DNA of 64,000 bases from an uncultured delta proteobacterium. GTDB lineage: Bacteria > Myxococcota_A > Polyangia > Polyangiales > Polyangiaceae. The translations under genes and the position numbers were made by a program. Below, piece by piece: positions 1-9,420 of the stretch. The stretch is from positions 1,472,001 through 1,536,000 of the forward strand of contig CAWDXG010000001.1 in assembly GCA_963806225.1 (NCBI GenBank), written 5' to 3'. The number at the start of each line of letters is the position of its first letter. The stretch's first letter is position 1. The notes under the pieces are model-generated. The model searched no databases. It was not told the DNA's origin and worked only from the letters and a program-made list of their open reading frames with translations.

Positions 1-1
1 C

Positions 2-1216
2 AAAAAGCTCGACTGGACGCGACACGCGCTCACCTGGCTGTGCGCCCTGGCCGCGGCCTCCACCGTGCTGGTGTGGATCCGGCCGGCCTGGCACTTCCGC
101 GAGTACATCGGAAACGTCGACACGTTCTTCAGGCCCCGGCTCGAATACGTGCTGTTCGACAGTTTCGACCTGCTGAAGGACGCCACGAACACGGGCGCCC
201 CGGTGCGCACACTGGTGAGGATGCTGTGCTTCGTGGCGGGCGGCATCGTGATGTGGCGCTGGCACAAGCAGCGCGAGCGCAGGCTCCTGCCGATCGCGAC
301 CGTGGTCCTGTGGTGTCTGGGTATCGCGTACGTGAGCAGCTATTCGTACCTCGCACGCCAGACCCAGCCCTACCGCCAGATCGGCCCGGCGATGCTGGCT
401 GCGGCGCTGCCCGCGGCGGTTCTGCTCGGCGAGCTCCTGTCGCGGCGGACGCTGACGGAGCTCGGACGGCCAGCGCGGTTGCTGCTGGTGTTGTGCCTGG
501 TCGTCGCGTTGCCGCGCGCGGTCCGGACGGTGCTCGTGTTCATGCCCGACCTGCTGCCGGTGCCCCGGATCTTCGGCTTCACGTCACCCTTCGCACCGCC
601 ACGCCCGCGTGTGACGAAAAAGGGCTACGCACCCGAGCCGGAGAGATGGGCCGCCCTCAGACGTTGGCTGCTGCAGCACGCGCGGGGGCACGGGCGCATC
701 GTGGTGAAGGACTGGCCGGTCGGGGAGTACCTGGCCGCGTCCACGCCGCTGCCGATCCTCGGCGGTATCGAGCAGCGCAACGTTCCGCATGTGGATGCGC
801 AGTTGTTCCGTCTCTGGCCGGACGGCAACCTCCCGGGCAAGCAACTGGGGGCGTACTTCAAGCGTTATGCAGCAGGCTATCTCATCATGTCGGACGAGTT
901 CACGCCGCTGGACTACCGGCGCGACGTGCTCCTCCCGCTCGTGGTGGTGGATGGGTTCCGCATCTACAGGACGCGTATCCATCCGGACTACTTCCTACAG
1001 GGCCGCGGTCGCATCGTGGCGCAGTCGCTCAACCGGATCGACGTGGATCACGCCGAGGGCAAGGACGTCGTCCTGCGGTTCCATTGGATGGACACGCTGC
1101 GCTGCCGTCCCGGTTGCAAGGTGGAGCGCTACAAGGTGGCGCACGATCGCGTGGGCTTCATCCGCATTCCGGCGCCGCCGCCGAAGTTCGAGGTGTACAA
1201 CTCGTATGCGTACTGA
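2..1216 (+). CDS. Polytopic membrane protein, 5'-truncated; YfhO/GT-C-like with C-terminal extracytoplasmic domain
   Basis: Frame is open from base 2. Several hydrophobic helices precede a soluble domain ending in a YfhO-like pattern (SLNRIDVDHAEGKDVVLRFHW). Family assignment is by resemblance only. Confidence 0.55.
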   Translation, partial: KKLDWTRHALTWLCALAAASTVLVWIRPAWHFREYIGNVDTFFRPRLEYVLFDSFDLLKDATNTGAPVRTLVRMLCFVAGGIVMWRWHKQRERRLLPIATVVLWCLGIAYVSSYSYLARQTQPYRQIGPAMLAAALPAAVLLGELLSRRTLTELGRPARLLLVLCLVVALPRAVRTVLVFMPDLLPVPRIFGFTSPFAPPRPRVTKKGYAPEPERWAALRRWLLQHARGHGRIVVKDWPVGEYLAASTPLPILGGIEQRNVPHVDAQLFRLWPDGNLPGKQLGAYFKRYAAGYLIMSDEFTPLDYRRDVLLPLVVVDGFRIYRTRIHPDYFLQGRGRIVAQSLNRIDVDHAEGKDVVLRFHWMDTLRCRPGCKVERYKVAHDRVGFIRIPAPPPKFEVYNSYAY

Positions 1217-1251
1217 GCGGCCGTTGGCAGCACAGGGATAGCGGCCGCGCG

Positions 1252-2398
1252 CTACAGCGACTTGCTCACTTCCAGCGCGTCACGACCGTAGCCCCACGAC
1301 AGGACGCCCCGCACCGCGCGCGAGCGGTACAGATCACGATCGACGATCAGCTGCACGCCCCGCTGGATGCCGGCGCGGACGGCCGAGGGCCAGCCGATCT
1401 CGCGGCCGGCCTGGAGCCGGAAGCGCCGCGCCGCGGCCCGGTCGAGGCCGCGGCCTTCGAGCCCCGCGGCCGCCGAGCGCCCTGCCAATCTCCCCGACGC
1501 GAGCGCGTGCCAGATCCCCTCACCGGTGAGCGGATCGATCATCCGCGCCGCATCGCCGGCCGTCAGCAGCCCCGCCATCGCCGGCGGAAGGTGCGGGCCG
1601 GCAAGCGGAAGCTGCCAGCTGCGCGTGCGGCCCTGGATGCTGGCGCCGTTGAAGCGATCGGAATGCCGCGCCATGAACGTCTCGAGCAGCTTGGCGAGCG
1701 GCACACCCGCGTCGTGGTAGCGATCGGCGCGCTGGTACACGCCCACGTTGGCGATGCCCTCGACCGGAGGGAATACCCAGCCGTAGCCGCAGGGCAGATC
1801 GCGCTCGAAGTAGTGCTCGCTGTAGGCCTCGTCCCCGGCGGGCGGAAGCCCTTCGACGTAGGCCGTGACGGCCAGGCCGAGCACGCTGCGCCTCGGCGGC
1901 GGCGTGCCGAGCGCGGTCCACGCCACCGAGCCGGCGCCATCGGCGGCGATCACCGCCCGCGCGCGCCAGGTAAAGCCCTCGCCACGCGCGCCGACCACCG
2001 CGTCGTGCACGCGCTCCAGCCGGCGGATGCCGACGCCCTGGAGCAGCCGGGCACCGCTATCCTCCAGTCGCTCGCGCAGCAGATTGTCGAGCACGGCGGC
2101 GTTCCATGATGTACCCGGGGTGCTCGCCGTAGCTGCGCCGCACGCGACTGCCGTCGGGGAAGATGGCCACGGCGCCGTGCACCACCGCGCGTGGAGCGCG
2201 TTCGAAGGCCTGTCCGGCGCCGAGCTCGGCGATGATGCCGGCGGCGCTGTTCGAGACGGCGTCGCCGCAGGTCTTGGGGCGCGGGAAGCGGGCGCGGTCG
2301 ACCACGCACACGTCCAGGCCGGCGCGGGCTGCCTCGATCCCCGCCGCCGAGCCCGCGGGCCCCGCGCCGATCACCAGCAGATCGCTCTCGCCGCGCAT
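1252..2398 (-). CDS. Geranylgeranyl reductase family FAD-dependent oxidoreductase (one frameshift near 2095-2100)
   Basis: N-terminus MRGESDLLVIGAGPAGSAA...RARFPRPKTCGDAV lies in one frame. GYGWVFP, ANVGV and LTAGDAARMIDPLTGEGIWHALASG lie in ORF 1252..2094. One extra base joins them. Confidence 0.85.
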
Positions 2399-2509
2399 GG
2401 CCGGGATGCTAGCGCGATCCGCCCCGATGTGGCGGATTTGCCGGCGGTCGTCTAGCCTGGGCGAAACGGTTGCGAGCCGGTAGAAGCGTGAGCCCGCAAC
2501 CGACGCCCG

Positions 2510-3343
2510 ATGCGCGCCGCTTTCAAGATCCTCGTCGACGTGCTCGCCTACCGGCTCCGGAAGCTGGAGATGGCGAACATGGTCGCCGCGATCGCGATCA
2601 TGCTCGCGCTCCGGCTGCCCGCGCGCGAGCTCGCGGTGCGCACCGGCTACGCGCTGCTCCTGAACCTGCTCGCGTACTTGACGAACGACTACTACGATGT
2701 CGAGCACGATCTGGCCGGCGGGCGCGAGCCCGACAAGACCCGCTTTCTCGCCGCACACCGGCGGGAGGCGCTGGGCGCGCAGCTCGGGCTTGCGGCGCTC
2801 CTGCTCGCTATCGGCGTGCTCACGTACCCCGGGTTGATCCTGGCGGCGGTGGCCGGAGCGGGGATCTGCTGGGCGTACTCGGCGCGGCTCAAGCACAGGG
2901 CCTATGCGGACGTGATCGCGATGACGCTGTGGGGCGTGGCGATGCCTCTGGTCGCGGTCCCGCTCGAGAGCCGGCTGGGCTGGGCGCTGGTGCTCCAGCT
3001 CGGTCTGTTCTCCGCCTGCTTCGAGCTGATCCAGGTGATGCGCGATCACGACGAGGACCGCGCCCGCGGTATCGAGACCACGGCGGTCCGGCTAGGCCAG
3101 ACCCGCACGCTGACGCTGGCCCGGGTGATGATGCTGCTCTCGGCGGCCTACGCCATCCTCGTCCTGCAGCGCTGGTTCGGGCTGCTGCTGCTGGCGGCGC
3201 CGCTGGTTCCGGTGGGCCGGGACGTGTCGCGCTACTGGAACCGCATCCGCATGACGCTGGGCGTGGTGTGGCTAGCTACGCTGGTGTGGGTGTTCTTCAC
3301 CTCGGCGAGCGCGGGCTGGCTGTTCCGGGTCGCTCGGGGATAG
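2510..3343 (+). CDS. UbiA-family prenyltransferase
   Basis: Multi-TM protein with both Asp-rich UbiA motifs: NDYYDVEHD and RDHDEDRARGIETTAVRLG. Confidence 0.85.
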   Translation: MRAAFKILVDVLAYRLRKLEMANMVAAIAIMLALRLPARELAVRTGYALLLNLLAYLTNDYYDVEHDLAGGREPDKTRFLAAHRREALGAQLGLAALLLAIGVLTYPGLILAAVAGAGICWAYSARLKHRAYADVIAMTLWGVAMPLVAVPLESRLGWALVLQLGLFSACFELIQVMRDHDEDRARGIETTAVRLGQTRTLTLARVMMLLSAAYAILVLQRWFGLLLLAAPLVPVGRDVSRYWNRIRMTLGVVWLATLVWVFFTSASAGWLFRVARG

Positions 3344-3358
3344 GCTGCGCGCGGGACC

Positions 3359-5801
3359 ATGCCCGAGCCACCGCGACCCCGCCTCCAGGGAAGTATTCCC
3401 CTGCTTCCACTGGGAGTACTGACCATGGTGGCGCTCGCGCTCGAGGTGTTCGTCACCCGGCTGCTCGCCTATACGGTCCACACCTTTCTCCTGTACCTGG
3501 TGCTGGGCGTGGCCATGACGGGCTTCGGCGCCGCGGGTAGTCTGGTTGCGGTGCGCCAGCGCTGGCTCGAAGCGGAACGCCTGCCGCGCGCGCTCGCCGC
3601 GTTTGCCGTCGGTTTCGTGCTGGCGCTGGTGCTGGCGTATGCGACGTTCGTGCGCCTCGCGCCGGGCCTGCGCCAGTCGGCGGACCTGGGCACCTTCGCC
3701 GTCTCGGCCCTGTTGACCCTGCCGTTCCTCGCGGCCGGCGCGGTCGTGACCTTGGCGCTGTCGGCGGCGGGCGATGCGCTCGGGCGCGTGTACGCCGCCG
3801 ATCTGATCGGTTCGGGGCTCGGCTGCTTTCTGCCGTTGCTGCTGCTCGGTCCGCTCGACGGGCAGCACTTTCTCGCCCTGCTCGCGCTGGTCGGCTGGAT
3901 CTCCGCCGCGCTGTTCTTCCGGCGCGTAACGGCTCCCGGCCTGCGGCTGAAGTTCGCGCTCGGGGGCAGCCTGGTCGTGGCCGTGCTCGGCTTTGTGTTC
4001 GCCGGGCGCGTGTTCCCCGTGCAGCCCGAGCCGTACGGCCAGGTCGGTATCATCGCGCGCTACGCGCAGAAGCGCGGTTTCTCCGTGCAGAAGCTGTTCG
4101 ACCGCTGGAACATGGTCGGGCGCGTCGAGGTATACGAATACCACCACGTTCCGGGTACTCCGGATCCGTATCCGTTCCGCTTCTACGCGCAGGACAACAC
4201 GGCCGGCGCCGTGATGGCGCGCTGGGACGGCCGCGATCAGCGGCAGGTCGGCCCGGATCAGCCGTCGCCGAGCCCCGTGCCGCGCATGTGCAGCCAGTCG
4301 CTGTTCGGCCAGGCGTACTTCGCACCCCGGAAGAAGGTGCTCGTGATCGGCGTCGGCGGCGGCGCCGATGTGCAGTGCGCCCTGTACAACGACGCGAGCC
4401 ACGTCGATGCCGTCGAGATCAACCCTGCCGCCATCCGCGCCATCCGGGGCCCGTTCAACCACTGGCTGGGTGGTATCGGCTCCGACCCGCGCGTCCGCTA
4501 CGTGATCCGCGACGGCCGCAGCTTCGCGCGCGCCGCCCGCGGGCACGACTACGACCTGATCCAGTTGAGCGGCGTCGACACCAAGAGCATCCTGGCGTCC
4601 GGTTCGCTCGCGCTCAGCGAGAACCACCTCTACACGCGCCGCGCGTTCATCGACTACCTGTCGAGTCTATCCGACCATGGCGTGCTATCGCTGATCCGCT
4701 TCGGGCAGGGCGAGGCACTGCGCCTGGTGAACACGGCGGTCGTCGCGCTCGGAGCGCTGGGCGTCGAGCATCCGTCGCAGCACCTGCTGGTGCTGGACAA
4801 CGGTCTGGCCTACGGCGTCATCGTCTCGCGGCAGCCGCTGACGCCGGACGCCGTGCGCGCTTTCTACCAGCGGTTCTGGTTCACTGATCACGATTTCCGC
4901 GGCTTCAAGGCGATCTTCCTGGAGCCTTTCGGCTACGTACCGACGCGCAGGCCGCAGCTCGTGTACGAGCCCGGCCGCGCCGTCGATCCGCTGTTTGCCC
5001 ACTACTTCGCGGCGCTCGGTGCAGGGCGCCGCGCGGCGTTCCAAAAGGGCTATCCGTTCAACATCGCTCCTACGACCGACGACCGTCCGTTCTTCTTCGA
5101 CCTGACCCGATACGATCTGCCTTCGCGCTCGCAGGCGCCGCACGTGCCGGTGCTCGAGCGCATGCTCAGCTCGGTGCTGCTCTTGGCGGGCCTCATGATC
5201 CTGCTGCCGCTCTCTGAGGATCCACGATCGCATGAAGGGGCTCCAGGCCTTCCTGGTGGCGGTGTTCTTCGGCAGCGTGGGGCTGGCCTACCTCTTCTTC
5301 GAGATCTGGTTCATCCACCGCTTCGCGATGTTCCTCGGCCACCAGTCGTACTCGCTGAGCGTCGTGCTCGCGACGCTGCTCGGCAGCACTGGCGCCGGGG
5401 CCTTTCTGGGATCGCGGCTCAGCGCGCCGCCGCATCGGCGCGTGATCTACGGCGTCGCCGGGGCATTCGGCGTGTTGGCGCTGTGGCTGCTCGTGCTCCC
5501 GTCGCTGTTCGAAGCGGCCTGGACCGGGAGTCTCGCGCTGCGTGCGGCGGTCGCGATCGCCTTCGTGGCTCCGGCGGGTCTCGCCATGGGGCTGCCGTTC
5601 CCTGCGGGTCTGGACTGGGTGTCGCGCCGGCGCCCGGCCGTACTGCCATGGTGTGTCGGCGTGAACTTCTTCGCGTCGGTGGTTGCGACCACCGCGGCGA
5701 TCCCCATGTCGCTGGTGTTCGGCTATCACGTCGTGCTCGCCTGGGGCGCGGCGCTCTATCTCGTGTGCGCCGTGGTCGCGGCGGCCTTCTGGAGACCATG
5801 A
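3359..5801 (+). CDS. Membrane-embedded spermidine-synthase-like (class I SAM-dependent) protein (frameshift near 5213)
   Basis: N-terminal TM block, then SAM-binding motifs VLVIGVGGGADV, VDAVEINP, DGRSF, YDLIQL and PTTDDRPFFF. The C-terminal TM block continues in ORF 5232..5801 (GLAMGLPFPAGL). Confidence 0.8.
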
Positions 5802-7543
5802 ACCGGCTCCGGCGCCTTCTGTCCTCGCGCCGGGTGCTCTTGTGGGCGGCGCTTGTCGGCGTGCTCCTGGCTGCGCCGTCGCTGTTCGGCGGACTGCAGA
5901 CGGAGGACCACGTCTTCCGCGCCGTGGCGCGGGCGCACCCATTCTCGCTGTCGCACGTGAACCTGTGGGGCCCCGCGCTGCCGCCATCGCCCGCCGCGCG
6001 GCTGCACGACTACTACTCCGAGCGCGACCTGGGCATGCTGCCGTGGATCACGAACAAGGACTTCGAGGTCTCGTTCTGGCGCCCGCTCGGCTCTCTGACG
6101 CACCACCTCGACTTCCGCCTGTGGCCGGACAGCCCCGCGCTGATGCACGCGCAGAACCTGTTCTGGTACGCGCTCTTGATCGCGGCAGTCGCGCTGCTCT
6201 ACCGCCGCTTCTGCGACCCGCTCTGGGTCGCGGGCCTGGCCGCCGTCGTCTTTGCCGTGGACGACGCGCACGGTCAGGCCGTGGGCTGGATTGCGAACCG
6301 CAGCGCGATCATCGCCGCGCTGTTCGCCGTGCTCGCCCTGTACTTCCAGGATCGCCACCGGCGGGACGGCTACCGGGCGGGGGCGGTGTTGGCGGCGCTG
6401 TCGCTCGGCGCGGGGCTCTCGAGCTCCGAGCTTGCGCTGTGCGGAGTGGGCTACCTGGTGGCGCACGCGCTGGTCGTGGACCGGGAGGCGCCGCTCCGGC
6501 GGCTCCGGGCCGCGCTGCCGTGGATGATCACCGTGGCGCTCTGGGCCGTCGTCTATCGCGCGCTTGGCCACGGCGTACGTGGCTCGGGGCTGTACCTCGA
6601 TCCGCTGCGCCAGCCCGTCGCATTCCTGCGCGAAGCTCCGGGGCGCCTGCTGGTGCTGCTGCTCGCCGAGTTTGGAGCGCCGCCGTCGGATGTGTGGAAC
6701 TCGTTGCCCTACGGCCTCCAGCTGTGGGGCGCGGTACTCGCCGTCGGGGTGCTGGCCGTGATCGCCTGGCTTCTGGTCCCGTGGCTACGGCGCGACCGGA
6801 CCGCGCGTTTCTGGGCGCTCGGCACGCTGCTCTCGCTGTTGCCGGTGTGCGGAACCTTCCCCGAGGATCGGCTGCTGCTTCTGGCGGGCGTGGGCGGCTC
6901 GGTGCTCGTCGCGCGGGTGGTTGCGCTGCTCGCCGGCGTTGCCCTGGAGCCCGAGAGACGGGCCACGCGTTTTCTGGCGGGGGCGTGGGCGGCGCTTTCC
7001 CTCGTCGTTGCGCCGCTGCTGCTGCCGTACAGGTCTCTGACGATGCAGCGCTACGAGACGAGGCTCCAGCAGGCGCGCGAGAGCGCGTTCTCGCTCGTGC
7101 GGCCGCCGGCCACCCAGCTCGTGCTTCTCGACGCTCCGGACTACTACTTCTCCAGCATGATGCTGCTCACGCGCATGGCGACGCCGGATCCGATCCCGAA
7201 GCATACGCTGTGCCTTGCCGGAACGCTGTACGGGGCGCACATCCGCCGCGTCGACCGGAACGCCGTCGAGGTGCGTCCCGCGCGGGGCTTCCTGTCGCGA
7301 CCCCTCGATCGCCTGTACCGCGGTCCGGGGGCTCCGATGCACAAGGGACAGGCCTTTTTTGCGGGGGGCGCCTTCGTCACCATCACCGAGGTGGACCGGC
7401 ACGGGGCGCCGCTCGCGGCCGTGTTCCGCTTCCGCTGGCCCCTGGACAGTCCCCGTTTCGTCTTTGCTGCGTGGAAGTCCGGACGCTACCAGAGGGTGCG
7501 GCTGCCGTCCGTGGGGCGGAGCATGGTGCTCGGAGCGCGATGA
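5798..7543 (+). CDS. GT-C fold membrane glycosyltransferase-like protein (TMTC/protein O-mannosyltransferase-like membrane domain)
   Basis: ATGA overlap with the upstream stop. Motifs FWRPLGSLTHHLDFRLW, MHAQNL and AAVVFAVDDAHGQAVGWIANRS match the TMTC-type pattern (YRPL..., H..N, FAxHP.h.E.V.W...R). Confidence 0.65.
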   Translation: MNRLRRLLSSRRVLLWAALVGVLLAAPSLFGGLQTEDHVFRAVARAHPFSLSHVNLWGPALPPSPAARLHDYYSERDLGMLPWITNKDFEVSFWRPLGSLTHHLDFRLWPDSPALMHAQNLFWYALLIAAVALLYRRFCDPLWVAGLAAVVFAVDDAHGQAVGWIANRSAIIAALFAVLALYFQDRHRRDGYRAGAVLAALSLGAGLSSSELALCGVGYLVAHALVVDREAPLRRLRAALPWMITVALWAVVYRALGHGVRGSGLYLDPLRQPVAFLREAPGRLLVLLLAEFGAPPSDVWNSLPYGLQLWGAVLAVGVLAVIAWLLVPWLRRDRTARFWALGTLLSLLPVCGTFPEDRLLLLAGVGGSVLVARVVALLAGVALEPERRATRFLAGAWAALSLVVAPLLLPYRSLTMQRYETRLQQARESAFSLVRPPATQLVLLDAPDYYFSSMMLLTRMATPDPIPKHTLCLAGTLYGAHIRRVDRNAVEVRPARGFLSRPLDRLYRGPGAPMHKGQAFFAGGAFVTITEVDRHGAPLAAVFRFRWPLDSPRFVFAAWKSGRYQRVRLPSVGRSMVLGAR

Positions 7544-9420
7544 GCAGGCCGGCGCTGCAACAAGCTGGAGGGAAGCGCCAGGCGCTGCTCCTGATGCTGC
7601 TCTTGTCGGTCGTGTTCCTGGTCTACGCCTGGTACTCCGTGCCGCGGCTCACCAACAACGTGATGGGCGACATGGACGTGACGGGTTGGACCGGCCCCAT
7701 CGCCGAACGCATTGTAGCCGGGGTGCGCCCCTACGTGGACTTCGTGCTGCCGATTCCGCCCGGCGGCTATCTCGTGCTGGGCGCGATCCAGAAAGCGGTT
7801 GGAAAGCCGCTCCTGCTCGAGGAGTTGTGGACGGTGGCGCTGTGCCGCCTCGCGCTCGGCTGGATCGCCTACGCGATCGCGTCGGCGCTGACGACGCGGC
7901 GCATTGCCTTCCTAGTGGCAGCCGGCACGCTCGTCGTGCTCACCCAGCTCGCCCGGGAGTGTGCCTACGACGAGCTGGCGCAGATGTGCGTGTGGGGCAG
8001 CGTGGCGTGTGGGGCGCACGCGCTCGGGAGCGAAGCGGGTCGGCGTCGCTGGCTCTGGAGCGCGGCGGGCCTCTTCGCGGGCATGGCGATGTCGTTCAAG
8101 CAGACGCTCGGCTGCGGGATCCTGCTCGGCTGGGTGCTCGCCTTCGGCTACTTCGCGTGGATCGCACGCGGCAGCGAACCCCGGGTGCGCGTGCAGCAGC
8201 GGAGCGATCGGCGTCGCTGGCTCGCGGGGGCCGCTGCCGGCCTTCTGCTGCTGGTCGCGCTCGTGCTGCTGTCCGGTGGCACGCTCGGTGGGTTCTTCCA
8301 GGCGGTGTTCGCCGACGGCGTCGCTCTGAAAGGCGGCGTGCTCACGCTGCTCTGGCTATTGGTGGGCTACGTCTTCAGCAACGACGTGCTGCCCGCGTCG
8401 CTGGTGCTGGTCACGTTGACGATCGCCGTCGGGATGCGTGTGGCGCGGCGCGCCGGCGATCTCCGCCTGGCCGACGAGGCGACCGCTTCCGGCTCCGGGC
8501 CAGGCGCCGGCTGGATCGCCGCCGGCGTGGGGGTCAGCCTCGCTTTCGGCACCGCCGCGGGGCTGCTCGCCGCGGGGGTTCACGGACTGCCGCACGTGAT
8601 CGAGGTGTCGCTTGGCGAGCTCGGGCGGATCCCCGCGTTCGGTCTGGCTCTCGCCTGCGCGTTCTTCTTCGGCCAGCTCTGGCCGCGGCAGCAGGGCGCG
8701 GCGGCGCCGCACCCGGGCCACGACTTCAACGCGGTGTTCCTGGTCGGTCTGGTTGCTTCGATGCTCGGAAGCCTCTCGTTCGCGGAGTTCCAGCCGCTCT
8801 ACGATGCGAACGTCCTCCTGCCGTTGGGCTTTTTGTTCCTGTTCGTCGCGTGCCGGCGCGGGCGCCTGGGTTGGCTCGCTGCGGTGCTGTTTACTGGCGT
8901 GCTCCTGACGCTGTTCAGCCAGCGTCTCTCGCGCGCGCTCGACGCGCGCTACCCCGTGGGAGAGCGGGGGTACTGGGCCGGCATGCGCGTCGGCTTCCGG
9001 GGCCGCGAGGTTCTGCACGCGGCCGAGCGCGTCCGGTCGCTCACGCGCCCTGGCGACCGCGTCCTGGTGCTGCCCGAGGATCTGGAGCTTTCCGGGCTCA
9101 TCGGCCGCGGGCGTCCGCCGCTGCGCGGGGCAGTGGTGTTCGCCGATCTGTACCCGGAGCGCCTCGCGGCCGCCGACATCCAGAGGCTCGACAGGGATCT
9201 GCCGCGCGTGATCGTCATCGTGCCGCGACGCCGCGAGCTCTGGCAGCGGCTGTTCCACGTCTGGACGCGGCGCAACGGTGCGCGGCAGGTGGTCTCGCAC
9301 GTGCTCGACGACGTGCTGCCGCAGCACTACCGCCGAGTCGCGACCTACCGCAGCACCTACTTCTGGGATCAAGGGCTGATCGACGTCTACGTCCGGCGTG
9401 ACGCGGAGCAGGTGCCATGA
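7540..9420 (+). CDS. GT-C-like polytopic membrane protein (ArnT/GT87-like), paralog 1
   Basis: ATGA-coupled start MSRPALQQ. First loop GDMD...GVRPYVDFVLPIPPG, then FKQ motif, many TM helices and a C-terminal soluble domain. Confidence 0.6.
   Translation: MSRPALQQAGGKRQALLLMLLLSVVFLVYAWYSVPRLTNNVMGDMDVTGWTGPIAERIVAGVRPYVDFVLPIPPGGYLVLGAIQKAVGKPLLLEELWTVALCRLALGWIAYAIASALTTRRIAFLVAAGTLVVLTQLARECAYDELAQMCVWGSVACGAHALGSEAGRRRWLWSAAGLFAGMAMSFKQTLGCGILLGWVLAFGYFAWIARGSEPRVRVQQRSDRRRWLAGAAAGLLLLVALVLLSGGTLGGFFQAVFADGVALKGGVLTLLWLLVGYVFSNDVLPASLVLVTLTIAVGMRVARRAGDLRLADEATASGSGPGAGWIAAGVGVSLAFGTAAGLLAAGVHGLPHVIEVSLGELGRIPAFGLALACAFFFGQLWPRQQGAAAPHPGHDFNAVFLVGLVASMLGSLSFAEFQPLYDANVLLPLGFLFLFVACRRGRLGWLAAVLFTGVLLTLFSQRLSRALDARYPVGERGYWAGMRVGFRGREVLHAAERVRSLTRPGDRVLVLPEDLELSGLIGRGRPPLRGAVVFADLYPERLAAADIQRLDRDLPRVIVIVPRRRELWQRLFHVWTRRNGARQVVSHVLDDVLPQHYRRVATYRSTYFWDQGLIDVYVRRDAEQVP

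Noticed and set aside
3359..7543. 1394-aa ORF suggesting a SpeE-like/GT-C fusion protein
   Set aside because: The middle (5213-5797) is off-frame junk. The true C-terminus of the first gene is in ORF 5232..5801 and the second gene has its own coupled ATG at 5798.
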